A stretch of DNA of 61,446 nt, the filler included, from Sphacelaria rigidula (Eukaryota): the NCBI GenBank assembly GCA_964200075.2. It is 6 parts of 6 records of this genome, joined end to end, with 100 filler letters (N's around TTAATTAATTAA, not from the genome) between each part and the next. Parts side by side here need not be neighbours in the genome. Positions count along the whole stretch, not along the records: positions 10,259 to 20,416 come from CAXNAA020007014.1; positions 20,517 to 30,674 come from CAXNAA020007015.1; 4 more parts are not named here. The stretch is one strand, 5' to 3'. Of the stretch, positions 11,029 through 23,900 are shown piece by piece (within the stretch, counting starts at the first letter, position 1; each line of letters opens with the position of its first letter). Both the position numbers and the translations under genes were made by a program. The notes below the pieces were generated by a model. The model was not told where the DNA came from. It ran no database searches and saw nothing but the letters and a program-made list of their open reading frames with translations.

Positions 11029-14000
11029 CTTCTTCTTCGCTTCTTCGGCCCTAAGTTTCTCCACGTGCGCATTCCGCTTGGCATTCATCTGTGCACGGGC
11101 GCGCTGCTCCCTCTGTTCGCGGATCTTCACCTCCATCTTTTCGGAGGCCGACGGTGGACCGCCGCCATTGATGGCAAGCACGCTTGCGCTCGTAGACGCG
11201 GAAGATGCCGAAGACACCGAAGACGCAATCGACCCAGTCCTCACACCCGTAGCGCCACTCCCGGCACCTTCTGCGCACGTGTTCCAAGCAGCCGCGGCAG
11301 CCGCAGTGACACCCACGGCAGTGGCTCGCGCAAATGGAGCGGGCAATGTCGGGGTGGACAGTGGATCCACCGTACCAGCCACAGATCCATGATCCGCTTG
11401 TGCTGCCGTTACCTTCGCCGTAGCCGGAATCGTTGCGCCGCCTGCCCCGCCCCCGTGCGCGCTAGCCGCAGCACCGGGGACCAGCTTCGCCAGCATGCCG
11501 GTTTTCCGTAACGGCGCATGAATTGTGGACGACGCGGCGGAAGAGGCGGAAGAGGACGAGTTCGAACCGTCGGCATCAATGGCACTTGACGCGTGCTGCT
11601 GCCCCGCGGTGCCTCCTCTACCTCCTCCAGCATTTGCTGCTGAGCTCGTTGCCGCCGTTCTTAAGCGAGCAGCGGCTCGCTCACGAGCGCGTCTCTCCTC
11701 GAGAGCGCGGGCTTCCTCGGCCTTGCGCAAAGCCGGCACGGCGCGTGCCGTGGCGCCGCCTCCGGCAGCAAGCCGATCCCACTTCCCAAGCGCCGGGGGC
11801 TCATCCTTCCTCAGCAGGGAGGTGAACGAGTGAAGGCCGCTGATGAGATTCGCGGGTCGCTTGATTGGCGCCTCGGTCTGCGACGTCGGCCCCACGAAAG
11901 CCCCCGGCTTTGTTACCGCCGGCGCTGTCTTGACATCAGACGGTGGCGGAACAGGAAGGCCGGCAGCAGCAGTGGTGGCGGTAGACGTAACGGATACCAC
12001 AGGAACTGATGCAGTAGCCGATAAGGGACTCCGTGTTCCTGTTGCCGCTTCTGTCGTGCCGGTGGCTGCTGGCCCCGCTGGCGCCGCCGACGATTTTGAC
12101 GCCTCCGACGATGCTGTCGTAGCCGAGACCGTGGCCGCCGCTGCCGCCGCGGCCGCCGCGGCGGCGGCGATAACCGCGGTGGGCCCGACGGGACCATTGC
12201 CTTGCGCAGCGTTGGTCTTCTTGGCCGAGAAGTGCTTGCTGATGCACTCCATACGCTCCTTTAGGCGCATCTTTTCGTTTCCAATCTTCTGCCTTTTGCT
12301 GCCGCCCCCGCCGTTTGCCATCGCTCCCGTCGGTCTATCGTCAGACGATGTCGCAGAGCCCGTGCTACCGCTACTTTTGCCACCGGCCTCGAGCGTCGCC
12401 AAGTTGTTCTTGGTGCTCGCGCCGCCGGTGTTGCTGCCTGAAGTCGCATGGGCTCCTCCAAGACTGGCCAGGCTACAGGCGGAGGTCGACAGCGAGGTCG
12501 AGGGTATGGCGACGCCAGTACTCGGACTTTTGATAGAATATGTGTCACCGCCGGTTGAGCATGCATCGGTCTTGACCGTGGTAGTCGGGGACACTTTGAT
12601 GACTTCTGGCTTAGTGTCGTACCTGTCGATAGAGGTTTCCGGTTGAGCGGCGAGGATACGGACAGAGAAGCAGAGAGAGTGGACACAGGAGGGGGGCAGG
12701 TGAACGTTCTTGAAATCATAACATCAGAATGGAACACAAGAAAGAGTAATATACAAACATGAGCGATGCCTGTTATAACTAGAGAGGGGGGGGGGGGGGG
12801 CGTACTCATTTGTTGCTTTATGACTGGAGAGGGGAAGGCGAAACAGAACAGTGCCCTTTTGGACGAATGCACGAGGATCAGCGGGCAGCGTGCTCCACCC
12901 CGCTGCTCAAGTGGTCAGCCTCAACTCTGTGCTGTGTACAACTGCGAGGATTGACAAAGTATGGGGTAATTATTCTTCACAGTGATGCAGCTGATGGGTG
13001 TCGAAAGGTCCCAGCAAACAAGCGGGGTGCGAAGAAAGAAAGTCCCTATCGCAGAACAGTCACTACGCCGAATTTCACGGTTCCGTGCGGTACACGGAAG
13101 TACGTTACTTCTGAGCACGCCTCTCGACGATGGCGCACTTTGACTGGTATGGTGCATGTGCGAAAAGAGAAAAAAAATGAAAAAGACAGCTACGTGCAAA
13201 ATAGAAGCATGCGCGACGAGTATACACTAGCAGTCGAGCTACGGCCAGGTATTTTGAATCAATTGACCACCGAATACACAAATTTGCGAGATATTACTGA
13301 CTGTTGGGTCATTTTGTCGACATGAAAACATTCGAACAAAAGCTTGCGTTTTAGGAACGTAAAAGCGCCTACAAGGCCGTAACAGCGAAAGCGATTTCAG
13401 TGAACTCTAGGATAAACGAGGCAAACTCCAACATCGGCATCAACCGGTGACACGACCAAAATCAACTCTTAACCCCGCGAATAGTTAGAGGACGACAACA
13501 TGCTGTAGACTTCCGCACTTAGAAACACACCTTCGTTCGACGGCCTTATCCTCACGAGTCGGGCTTGCTTCTGCGATTACATCCTCGGTGGTCATATCGG
13601 CAGTGGGAAGCACTACTTCTTTTGATGGCGTCATTTTAATCTCTCCCTCCTCTTCTCCGCTGTCCGCTTTGCCCTTTCCCTCTTCGCTCTCTGCTTCGCT
13701 TTCCTCCGCTTCGCTCTCTGCTTCGCTCTCCGCTCCGCTCTCCTCCTCTCCACTCTCTGCTTCGCTCTCCTCCTCTCCACTCTCTGCTTCGCTCTCCCCA
13801 TCTCCACTCTCCTCCCCGCTCTCCACCTCTCCACTCTCCGCTACGCTTTCCACCTCTTCACTCTCCGCTACGCTTTGCACCTCTCCACGTGAAATTTCGC
13901 CCCCCTTCTCTCTGCTCGCGGGTTCGCCCTCCTCTTTGCCAACCCCAACACCCACATCCTTATCGTGTCTGCTTCCATCAGGATCCGAACAACCAATCTT

Positions 14001-15947
14001 CCCTCCTGCCTCGGCGCCCCCCGCATCGAGCGGTCCACCACTGTCGCCTCCAGCCGATCGAATGGCAAGCTCCGTGCCACCGCTAGCACCTTTGTCAGGT
14101 GACGGAGGCACGCCCACGGAAGTTCCACCCTCTGCCTCCAAGGGGACTATTGGGGCGGCGACGGCGACGGAGGCATCGGCCGTGGGTGCCTCCGAATCCT
14201 CAAGTACAGTACTCGCTGTATGATTAGTGCTGCAGAGGTTTGCTCCATCCACTGCCGCCGCTCCACCGAGCCTCTCGTCTTCCGCGTCATCCATTTTCAT
14301 TCGAGCGATGTCAGGGGCACAAGAACCATCCTCAGCGAGGCCAGTGGCTTCTGCTGCCCCCGCCCCTCCGTCGCTCCGTTCACAGCCCATTTCGCTGTCT
14401 TCCTTGACGGGGCTTGATCCCGTCTCCTCACACACCACAGCTGACGCCAACGATGCGGATACCTGAACTTCACCGTTGTCGTCTGTTGACCCGGTCAAGA
14501 GTTCCTTCCCAGCTTCTGTGAAGCGCGGAGTACATACTCTGATCGGGGAGCCCGTTGCGGAAGCTCCGGACCAGCGCGGGGCGTCGCGTCGAGTCTGTGC
14601 TCCCATTTTTCCTGGCTCAGCGGCATTTGCGCCGCTGGTCGCAACGGCGCTCGGTGCATCCTCCTGAGCACCGGTACCGGCGGCGGCGGCGGTGACGGCT
14701 GGCAACTTCACGGGTGGAGGCATCAAAGTCACCTCTTCGTGTTCTTCTGCCTGCTGCGTCTCGGGCGATGGGATACTATTTGAGGGCGCTCGAGCAGATA
14801 TCGCGGCCTCCAGCTCGCGGAGGCGCTTGGTTATCGCATCCTGGAGCTTTTCCTGCAGTGCAGCCTTCAATCCTGCCGAAGACGCGCCAAGTTTGCGCAG
14901 TTCTGCCCGCAAGTCGACCACCCTCAGTGACCGCACTTCGACCGCGCGCAACTCCTCGATCTCCGCTTTGACAAATGCGAGGTCTATATCCTGTTCGCCA
15001 ACCGCTTGTTCTGTCTCTGCTGCGACGGCTGCCGGTTTCGCGACGTGTGATGGGGCCGGCGACGATCGAGAGCGAGGGGCAGGAGGCGGGCGGCCTCTCC
15101 GTGTGGCGGAAGGCCCAGCGCTGGTGTTTTCGGGCTTCTTGCACCGGTTCTGCGCTAGGGGTATATTCTCCTTGTTTTCCTTGTCGCTGCTGCTGTAGCT
15201 GCCGCTTTCGCTTGACTCTGAACCTTGCTCCTTTTTGGATTTATCGCTTTTGACCGCCGCCACCGCTGCCTGTGCTGCTCGCTCTCCGGATGCAGCGGGA
15301 CTTCGACTACCACGTTTTGCCGGACCTGCTACACTGTTTGTGCTGCTATCGTCCATTCTGTTACTCTTACGCTCGACAGCAGCATCTTCATCGGGCACAT
15401 TTGCGCTCTCTTCCTGTTGTGAGCTGCGTGCTGCCCTGCGGCGGGATCGGGGCGGCAAGCCATCAGTTGCTGCTTCCTGCCCGTTGGGATTTGAGACCTT
15501 CGAGCCGGGTGGGAAATCGGCTCCGGCTCCCGACACAACCGTCGACGCTAGCGATGATGTACCCAAGGTCCTCTCCTGACCTGTCGTACTGCAAGAATTT
15601 TCTTCACCTACGTTGGCTGCGGTGCGCTTTGCCGCGGAACCTCTCTCTGCGCCAAGACCTGGCGGCAGCGGCGGTTGCAGCGGCGCCAAAACCTCCCCCG
15701 TGTTTCGGCTGCTGTTGAGCTGATCTTGGCCAGTGCGACTGTTGCTTTGCTGGGTGGACGAAGATGCGGAAGAGGTGGTGCACGCGAGCTGGCCAATGGT
15801 GTCGTCCAGGGCTCCCATATTATCACGCATGTGATCATGCCACCAACTCAGACAGTGGTCGAACTCCTTCTCGAGTTTCGTGTCCCTGTCTGCGAAGACA
15901 TCAGCGATAGAGGCAAACACCTGACTTGCAAACAGAGGCCGAGACAT
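11029..15947 (-). CDS. INCENP: INCENP-like chromosomal passenger protein with internal SAP domain; exons 15947-13531 and 12622-11029; 3' exons (IN-box) missing past contig end
   Basis: Short N-terminal helix LFASQVFASIADVF...EFDHCLSWW; SAP motif LRVVDLRAELRKLGASSAGLKAALQEKL (~14832-14936); NLISGLHSFTSLL followed by VPALRKAEEARALEERRARE resembles the plant INCENP motif N(I/L)xSxxxSFxxL...KALEAAEAAKR preceding the SAH; GT-AG splice sites are phase-compatible (AG|G). Confidence 0.65.
13640..13890 (-). repeat. Coding Glu/Ser-rich ~27-bp repeat (ESEAESGEE) in INCENP-like exon 1
   Basis: Repeated ctctgcttcgctctcctcctctcca-like units. Confidence 0.8.
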
Positions 15948-16704
15948 ACTTGCCAAGTTTTGCGCACAAAAAACACAACGGTCGAATTTCCCAAACGCTC
16001 CTCACAAACGCACAGCGGGCCACAGTGATGACTTTTGTGTGCTTACTCTTTTCTAATTACTCCTACTCGTACCCCCTCTACTTGCTGAGAAGCTCCTTGC
16101 GTCCCCCTCGCTGGCTGGGACCGGTAGAGAGGTTGGCAGGTAGCGTTACATCTGCCGTTGGTAATTTAAGCATCGCGCGCGGATGTCATGACGTACGTGA
16201 TAACGCGAACAAGATTTCAATTGAAAACTTTCATATGGAAAATAACCAAAGCTAGTTCTTTCTTGCCCGTTGAGATGTTTTGCCACAGAGATCTATCTAC
16301 GCGACGCTGTTCCGGCCCTGGTTTGTGTCTGCAGCACGTGCGGTATGACGGTGTGGCATAATCCAGGCTTGATATAGACGGTGTTTTCAAAAGGTATATT
16401 CTCTTCATGGGTTGTTGCAAATTGACCTCGAGAAAGGGGAAAGTTGCTCGAAGTCTACAGCGCTCTCTTGTTTGTCATCTACGCGCACGAGTGCCGTAAA
16501 CTGTCGGCTGTTACCCTACAACAAGCATCAAGCATCGCCCAAAGTACTGTACTCCACTGTACATTACAGTCGGCAGCTGTGCACAGCATACTGTACTGTA
16601 CCGCGAAGGCATTGCAGAAGACTACGGCGCTTGACAAGCCACAGCTGATAGTTGGTACACGGCATTGCCGACTCTTGCTCTGGTACTGTCAGTATAGACT
16701 CGTC
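15948..16704. promoter_or_regulatory. Putative bidirectional promoter with three CAACGG (MSA/MYB-like) sites
   Basis: 757 bp between divergent ATGs; caacgg at 15976-15981 (+), ccgttg at 16155-16160 and 16267-16272 (-). Confidence 0.5.
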
Positions 16705-19572
16705 ATGTCCCGCAGTCTCAGCGTTGGATCTTCGGAGCCCGAGAATCGGTCTACCGCAGCACAAGTGCTCCAGTCTTTCTTGGATGAGTTGAAGGACACT
16801 GCACTACTATTCGCCAACGCCAGCCCAGCTATCGATGGTTTGCCTGCTGCAGCTGACATCAACTGGGCGTCGATAGGCGGACTGGAGAGAAAGTTGAAGC
16901 GCGTTTCAATGCTCTGCGCGGAAAAGACCTGCATGGAGGTAGCAGGTACACCTGTTGCTCAAGGGGGTGGAGAGAGCACGGGCCTATCCTACCGCAGTGT
17001 CCACGCTCTCCTGCGATTGTTGCTCGCATCCCTCCGGTCAACTCAGGAGCCGGCGGCGCGAGTTGCCGATCTCGCGCTTTTGACTTTGGCCAATCTGCTG
17101 GAGAGTCCACCCTGGCGCCATATATTTTTTAGAGCGTTGAACGAAGTTCAGTTGGAGCAGGAACAATCAGATGAAGCAGCGTGCAATGAAACGCCCATAA
17201 GCGGTGGTGGCAGTAGTCGCGGTTCGCCGGCAACGCTGCAAGATATACTCTGGAAAAGAATAATCGCCGGTAGCCCACCCTCCCCCCTCACGCTGCCACT
17301 TCCGCTCGCCAGCCGCGCGGGTGTCGGTGAAAGCAGCGACACGGACGAGTGCCCACAACTGCATACCTTTTCTGGTCTCGCCTCGCCCGTGGATCACAGC
17401 GCCGTGCGACTGACGTGCCACATGGTGCGACATTGTCCGTTTTCCTTCCCTGCTTCTTCCTACGCGTCGCTCGCTCCACAACTCACTGATTACCTGCTGC
17501 GCTACAGCACAAGAGCTCCCGTAGCGTCGAATCGAGGACGACCGATTTCCGGGCGAGCTGGCGACGGCAACTGCAAAACTACAGATATCAGAAACACACC
17601 CGCAGGTGTCGGTGCTGGTGTCAAGGACGGAGGATTGCAGACCGGACTGTCGCAGGATTTAGTTGTGCTGTTAGATGTTTTCGCGGCGTGCGTGCGAGGC
17701 AGTCCACACTTCAGGCAGTACGTGAAGGGCTCCCGGAGCAAGCGGGAGTTGCTTCGACGCCTTCTAGGATTGCTCAACAGTTCAGCGCCGTCGCCGTCGG
17801 ATGACGGCCGCGGTGACAGCCGGGGTGCGATTGTTGTGCGAGCGCTTTGCGCCCTAACGAGACTCTTGGCTGGGGATGGGCTAGAGGCCAAGGTGAGCTT
17901 TGCGTCGCGTTTATTGCAAGTCGTCCAGCAAATGTTTTGGTTCTCAGTGTGTAGCGGGTATCGTGCTGATTTAAATGCGACAGCAACTTCGGAAACGTCT
18001 CGTGGAGGGGAATTTTTTAGGTTCGATAAACATATCCCCCCATACCCCGCGCGCGCTTGTGCTTTTTTTTCAACCTGACCCACGCAGATCTTCGAGCGTT
18101 CTAATGCATTAGAGACCGGATCCCTAGTGATGGATAGCCTCTTAGACACGTCCTCGGGAAGTGCTGAAGGGTGCTATTCGCACGGGTCCGCCCTGGAGGA
18201 GCAGCGGCGCTATGCGGAGGTGGCGTCAGACTTGGCACGCAGTCCCGCTTTCATGGCCGTGCTGCTAGAGTCCGGCCGTTTGGGAACCTTCTTACGAAAA
18301 GCCGTAGGAGTGTTGACTCGGGCAGCGATCAAAAGGATCTTTCGAAATCCGAACGTCGTTCTGCCGCAAAACTACATGGGAGGAGGAGCGAGAAGGACGC
18401 GTGCGGGCGGCGACCGAGAGGGGACAAGGAACGCCGCCGCGCGGAGCGTCTGTGATCCATCGCCCCCTGAACCCCTCCTGCGCGCGTTGTCGTCGTTTTG
18501 CCTCGAGCACAGTCCGGCGCGTTCGACGTTTGTCGAAGCCCTGCTAGCCAAATCTCTGACGGAGCGACAACCACAGGCATTCCGTTCCAAGAACGAGCGG
18601 AAAATGGCTGATGACGTTGATGGCGCCCTCAACAAAGACGTTGACCCGCTCACGGCACTGTTCGCGTTGTGCTTGGACCCCCACCCCCCCACCGCTGTTG
18701 CCTCTTCTGCGCTACTTCAATGCTTGCTCGTAGGCGGCGGTGCACTGGGCGCTGTCAGCGGGCCATCCCCCGGCGCGGCGGCAGGGGTCGGTATAATACC
18801 AGCTGCCTACCCGATGGCTAGCGCGCGGGGCGCGGGGGTAGCAGTCGGCGGGGGTGTCGGGCGGGAGGATCCGCTGCAGGCGAAGTTGCTGGAAAGAATC
18901 GCGAAAATCTCGCTTTATGGTGCTCAGCCGGCAAATGAGAAAGACGGCAGGGGATCCAGCTCTCGGCACGGCAGCCGTAGAAGGCGCGCGGCGGGTGTCG
19001 AGAGAGAGAGTGACTCAACAGATGGTGGTGGCGGCTACGCGCCCACCGCCTCTCCTTACCGTGATAATCAAAAGGAAAGAGAAGGGGAAAATGACGATTA
19101 TCCTGGAGGGGGTTCATCGGGTAGTGGGAGTGAGGATGAGTCGGGAGCCAACCGCCGTTACGGCGAGACGGAGGATTCGATATGCGGCGACCTGACCGCG
19201 GAGTTTGCAGGCCTTGACCTCGATAGTGGACGGCGGTCGTCGTCGTCATCTAAAGGGTCCATCACTGGGACGTTACAATCGCCATTTCTGCCGGGAGCGG
19301 CGTTGGCCCTTGTCGTGTGTCGTCTCCAACACCTCGGCGTGGACTTGGCTTCCGCTCTGGCGAATGAGAGAGGTGAGTCGGGGCCGGTGTCCCTTAGAGG
19401 TGCGATGGGCCCGGCAGTGGACGACGTACAGCGACGAGTCAAGTTTGCCGGAGAAGGAGGAGGGGAAGGAAGAAGGGGTGGTGGTGCAAATAGTGGCAAG
19501 TCGTTGCTGCGGTCTTCTGTTGTGGAAGCAGAGCAGGAAGCAACGTCACTCCTGTGCCTTCTGTCGTCCTTG
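16705..19572 (+). CDS. CIP2A: CIP2A-like armadillo-repeat protein; exons 16705-17892 and 18088-19572; 3' exons past contig end
   Basis: Spliced peptide FRQYVKG...ELLRRLLGLL...IVVRALCALTRLLAGDGLEAK|IFERSNALETGSLVMDSLL...RRYAEVASDLARSP parallels CIP2A N-terminal VQTHIK...FYRTLITLL...VVVFALSILSSL...[21 protein letters not shown]...RKYSVDLLMDLLKNP; phase-0 GT-AG intron. Confidence 0.7.
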
Positions 19573-19644
19573 GTGAGGATGTTTTTGGTTTGCTTCGTCT
19601 CTTTCTCTATGCATTTTTGCAATGGCTTGGGAATATGTTCGAAC

Positions 19645-20290
19645 TAGAGTTGTGTACTGGCTGCCAGTTCAACTGGTCAGCTACAGTTAAGTGGTACAAC
19701 TGGTTAACTGACGGGTTTCGTAACCAGTTGAACCAGTTATTTTACCCGACATATGTATCATACTTCAAAGCGTTATGTGTAAATATGTGTGTCATAATCA
19801 TATCAATATTTCCGAAGTATCGTCTTATTACAATGACCGTGGGGATGCTGGTACAAAGGCGACGACATGACCGCATAGCGCATGTACCTAGACGCTATGT
19901 ATGGTGCACTGCTGTCTCACCGCTTCGTTTTTTTTTATTCGCGTCGCAAAGACCAGGGACATTTCTTTTTTTCCCATGCATGGATACTTTTGTGCACTGA
20001 TTACGTGCTCGAATTGCTGGCGCTAGGCAGCTAGAATTCACCGCGATTTTGAAGGGATGTGAAGCCAAATGGCGTAATTTTATTGCCTCCGGTAGCGCCT
20101 CCAGCGGGGCCCCCTCACCAGCCGGGGGGGGGGGGCATTTAGGCGACTCCGCCGCGTTGCCTCACCAAGCAATGCTGGCGGAGTCGCGAGGCGGCTTGGC
20201 CGCCAGTTGTCCAGTTTTAACTGGCAATTGTAGCTGGTTGTAATTTTCTGCAACCAGTTAACTGATTAGCCAAACCAGTTCATGACTCTA
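19645..20290. mobile_element. Non-autonomous hAT-like element in the CIP2A-like intron
   Basis: TIRs tagagttgtgtactgg / ccagttcatgactcta; subterminal aactgg/ccagtt arrays; 8-bp flanks gttcgaac / gtttcaac (6/8). Confidence 0.7.
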
Positions 20291-20945
20291 GTTTCAACGG
20301 TCTGGGACGATTGTCAAATATCTTGTTCCCTTGCACTTGTCCTCACATAATGGTGGATTGTTTCCCCCCCCTATATATGTCAAACGACTAAGGCAAGCAA
20401 CAAATGAGTACGCCCCNNNNNNNNNNNNNNNNNNNNNNNNNNNNNNNNNNNNNNNNNNNNTTAATTAATTAANNNNNNNNNNNNNNNNNNNNNNNNNNNN
20501 NNNNNNNNNNNNNNNNATCGCCAACCGACGCCAACCCCACCGGGGGTCCGCCCCTACAAAGCCGGGACGGAGCACGCCGGGTTCTCCGCCAGTTTCATTC
20601 GATTGTCTGACTGCATATGAACAAATAAGATTTTGCACTGGTCGGCACATCTGTGCCGGTATTGCTCCGCCATCCGATGTTTGATATCCGCACGCTAATC
20701 TGGGGACCATGGCCGGATTATGAATCGTCGCGGATCAGGGCAATGTACGACGATCAATCAGATAATCATTGAATTAATTACTCAGGTCCACAACCGGACA
20801 AATTCCGCGCGGACAATATCGTCGGGCGCTGGCAACAAAACGACCAATTCAGGTGACGTAAGGGCCATTTTGCGTAACACAGTGGCCGACAAGAAACATC
20901 TCGAGCAGTGTTCACCCGCCAGCTATTTTGTCCATTTATTTGTAG

Positions 20946-23900
20946 GTGGAGATGGACCGCCGGCTATTCTCGCTGGCAGATGAACAGCTTTTCCCCGACC
21001 TGCGTGAATCGCTTGGGACATCTCTGGATCAACTCGAGAGGTGGGATGATCTTCAGGGATTGACAGAGAGGGGGGCAGAAAAGTAAGGATGTATACTTGT
21101 AGCAGTCGCTGGAATCGGCATGATATGACGCTTGAAGCTCCAAATAACGTGAACATTTTGCAGGCCCTGACAATCAACCTGAGTAGTATCAATATATTGG
21201 GCGATTCATCTACATGTTGGTATTTGATATTCAACATACGTTCCTACTGCAGTGCACGTCGCCCTTAGGTTCACGGGGAGCGGAGGTAAGGTACGCAGAC
21301 AGACAGGCATGAGCCGTGTCAATGCTTGATGTAATCATCATTGCGCGTTAAGACAAAAGAAATACCGACACGGTTCAACGCTTTATGTGTGATGGAGTCA
21401 GTGTTATCTGTTTCCGCTTTCACAAGAGAGTATCTTCCACACACGTTCAAGGTTGTCGATCTCTGTGACACGTAGCAAGTGAGACAACCACGGCTGCCAA
21501 CCATTGTAGTTCAGGAAGGAATCCATTCTGCGGCGGAGTGAGGTTTGTTTTTCCCGCAGAATGTGATGAAACACGGGATTTTATAAACTGGGGATGGATT
21601 TTTTACTGGGGATGGGAACCCGGAGAATTAAAATCATCGTATCCACACCAAATCTTCGAAATATGGTTCCATTTCTTCACTTGCTGGTAGCTTTTGACAA
21701 CTACTACACGCCATACAAATTCGGATTTCGATAACCGAAATGCTGGGGTCCTATGGGAAAAAGAATTTTTGAGGAATTTACGGAATTTTGCACCCCTAAA
21801 TTTTTCCCCTAGGACCCCAGCATTTCGGTTATCGAAATCCAAATCTTTATGGCGTGTAGTAATTGTCAATAGCTACCAGCACGTGAAGACATGAAACCAT
21901 ATTTCGAAGATTTGTTGTGGATACGAAGATTTTCATTCTCTGGGTTTTCATCCCCAATAAAAAAATCCATCCCCAATTTGAAAAATCCCGTGTTATGAGC
22001 AAGTTTGATAATAAGGCCTCCTCGCGCCATATTGTGACTCCATCACATTGCAATCAGCCAATGTGAGATAATCAATCAAGTATTCTCGGGCCCTCCTGCT
22101 GTATTCTAGTATGTGGGTGACTTCGTACCGATTTCCGAATATCTGCACCCGTGTTACCCTGGGCTGACAGGTCGTGGCGGCTATGCAGTAGTTGATAACT
22201 GCTGGTGCTGGTGCTGGTTATGCCATAGTTGATGACTGTGTTTTCACAGGCGTGAACTAAGTACGGGTTTTTTCACTTCGTGCCCTGTCTCATAACATCC
22301 ACCCTTTTGGTACTTATTTTTTCCTCGTCCAAACTGCAGATGCCAGAAAGCGTTGTCTGATTTCCTCGAGGAAAAGCGGTCAGCCATGCCGCGCTTTTAC
22401 TTCATCGGTGATGAGGACTTGTTGGAAATTCTTGGCCAGGTGAGATATACGTGTGTGGCCCTTGAACGGAGCACAAAACGATGTTACTGAATCAGTGCCA
22501 TCAGTTAAACGTCTAAGAGCATCAGAGTGAGCACCTAGCCTGCGAGTGCTACATACCCGGTGTTGCGTGGATTTATGGCTCAACTAGGTAGATTCTGATG
22601 CATTGGACCTTGGCTGGTTATAGTTGGTGATTTTGTTTCCAAACCGCACACTTTCTAGGTTGACGCTTTGCACATCCTGCTATGTCGCGCAAGAATGAAG
22701 GCTACCATCACCTGAGCGCATATATATAAAAACGTGTTTCCCAGGCAGCCCTAGCAATAGAGCAGTTCTGATCATACGATACGATTGGGGAACGATGGAG
22801 CATAATTCTATAACTATACAATTTGTGCGTCCTACTGCGTGGATGTCCTTCTTTATGGTTGCCGGCAGGCGAAAAATCCGACCATCATCCAAGCGCACCT
22901 GAAGAAGCTCTTCCAAGGCATTCACGGCGTCGAGTTCAACGAGAAGGAGACGCAGATCGTGGCCATGCTGAGCTCGTGCGGGGAAAAGGTAAATGGATGA
23001 TCTCGATGTTCCGAAGCTTCCGGTGTGTAGGGTTCGACCGAAGCGATTTGGCTGTTTGCATTACCGCCGCGGTTTCGAGTACAAGTATGTTTAGCCGCGA
23101 AATGCGTCGTTGAAGTTCGTTCCGCGGGAGCATGTATAAGTATTTACGGGACGCAAACCTACTGAAGCTCGAGGTCAAACATTCCAAACCGCCTATCTAC
23201 GAACGCGTGAATCATCACGGTTGAGGGTACACGGTGAATTAGAGAATGATGCGGGTTTAACAAGTCGACGATCTTCGCGGGTTGGAAGGATTAAAAAATC
23301 TATTAGCAGAGTGAGCACACTGGGTGACCTAGTTTATAATGCAGATAAGTTTCCTTGAATAGTACGATGTGGGGTGCGAATCATGCCGCAGGAGCTGGTC
23401 TCCTCTTGGACCATGCGATGGGAATTGGTTGTACTCGAAGTTGACGCTGCTCTCCACATCGGTGCGCCTTGATGAACGCCGCGAATTCATGACTCATGTC
23501 TTCAGGTGCTGCTGAACACTCCGGTCCCCGTGTCCGAGCGGGTGGAGGAATGGTTGGAGCAGCTCAATAGCGAGATGAAGGGCACCCTCACCAGTCTGCT
23601 GCAAGACTGTCTTCGCGGACAGATAGACTACGATAAATATCCCAGCCAGGTCTGCACCGACGGTGTACCACTTTGCCATGACAATGATTTCCATCCATGT
23701 GCAGGCGAGGGCGGACGCCCCTACCCGCGTTCATACAGGCGGGGAAATCTCGTTACAAATGCCAACATTCATCTCTTTGAAATTTACAACATTGTATCCT
23801 CTATATTTTGCCTCGTCTCCGTCGCGAGATTTAAGCCAACTGCTTTAATTTTTTATTTTTTTTACATTATATCGAAGCTTTTACTTTCGTGGCCGGAAAT

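Noticed and set aside
11843-15718. Long plus-strand ORFs overlapping the INCENP-like gene (likewise antisense ORFs over 31635-32414, 59018-61310)
   Set aside because: Shadow ORFs of GC-rich coding exons on the opposite strand
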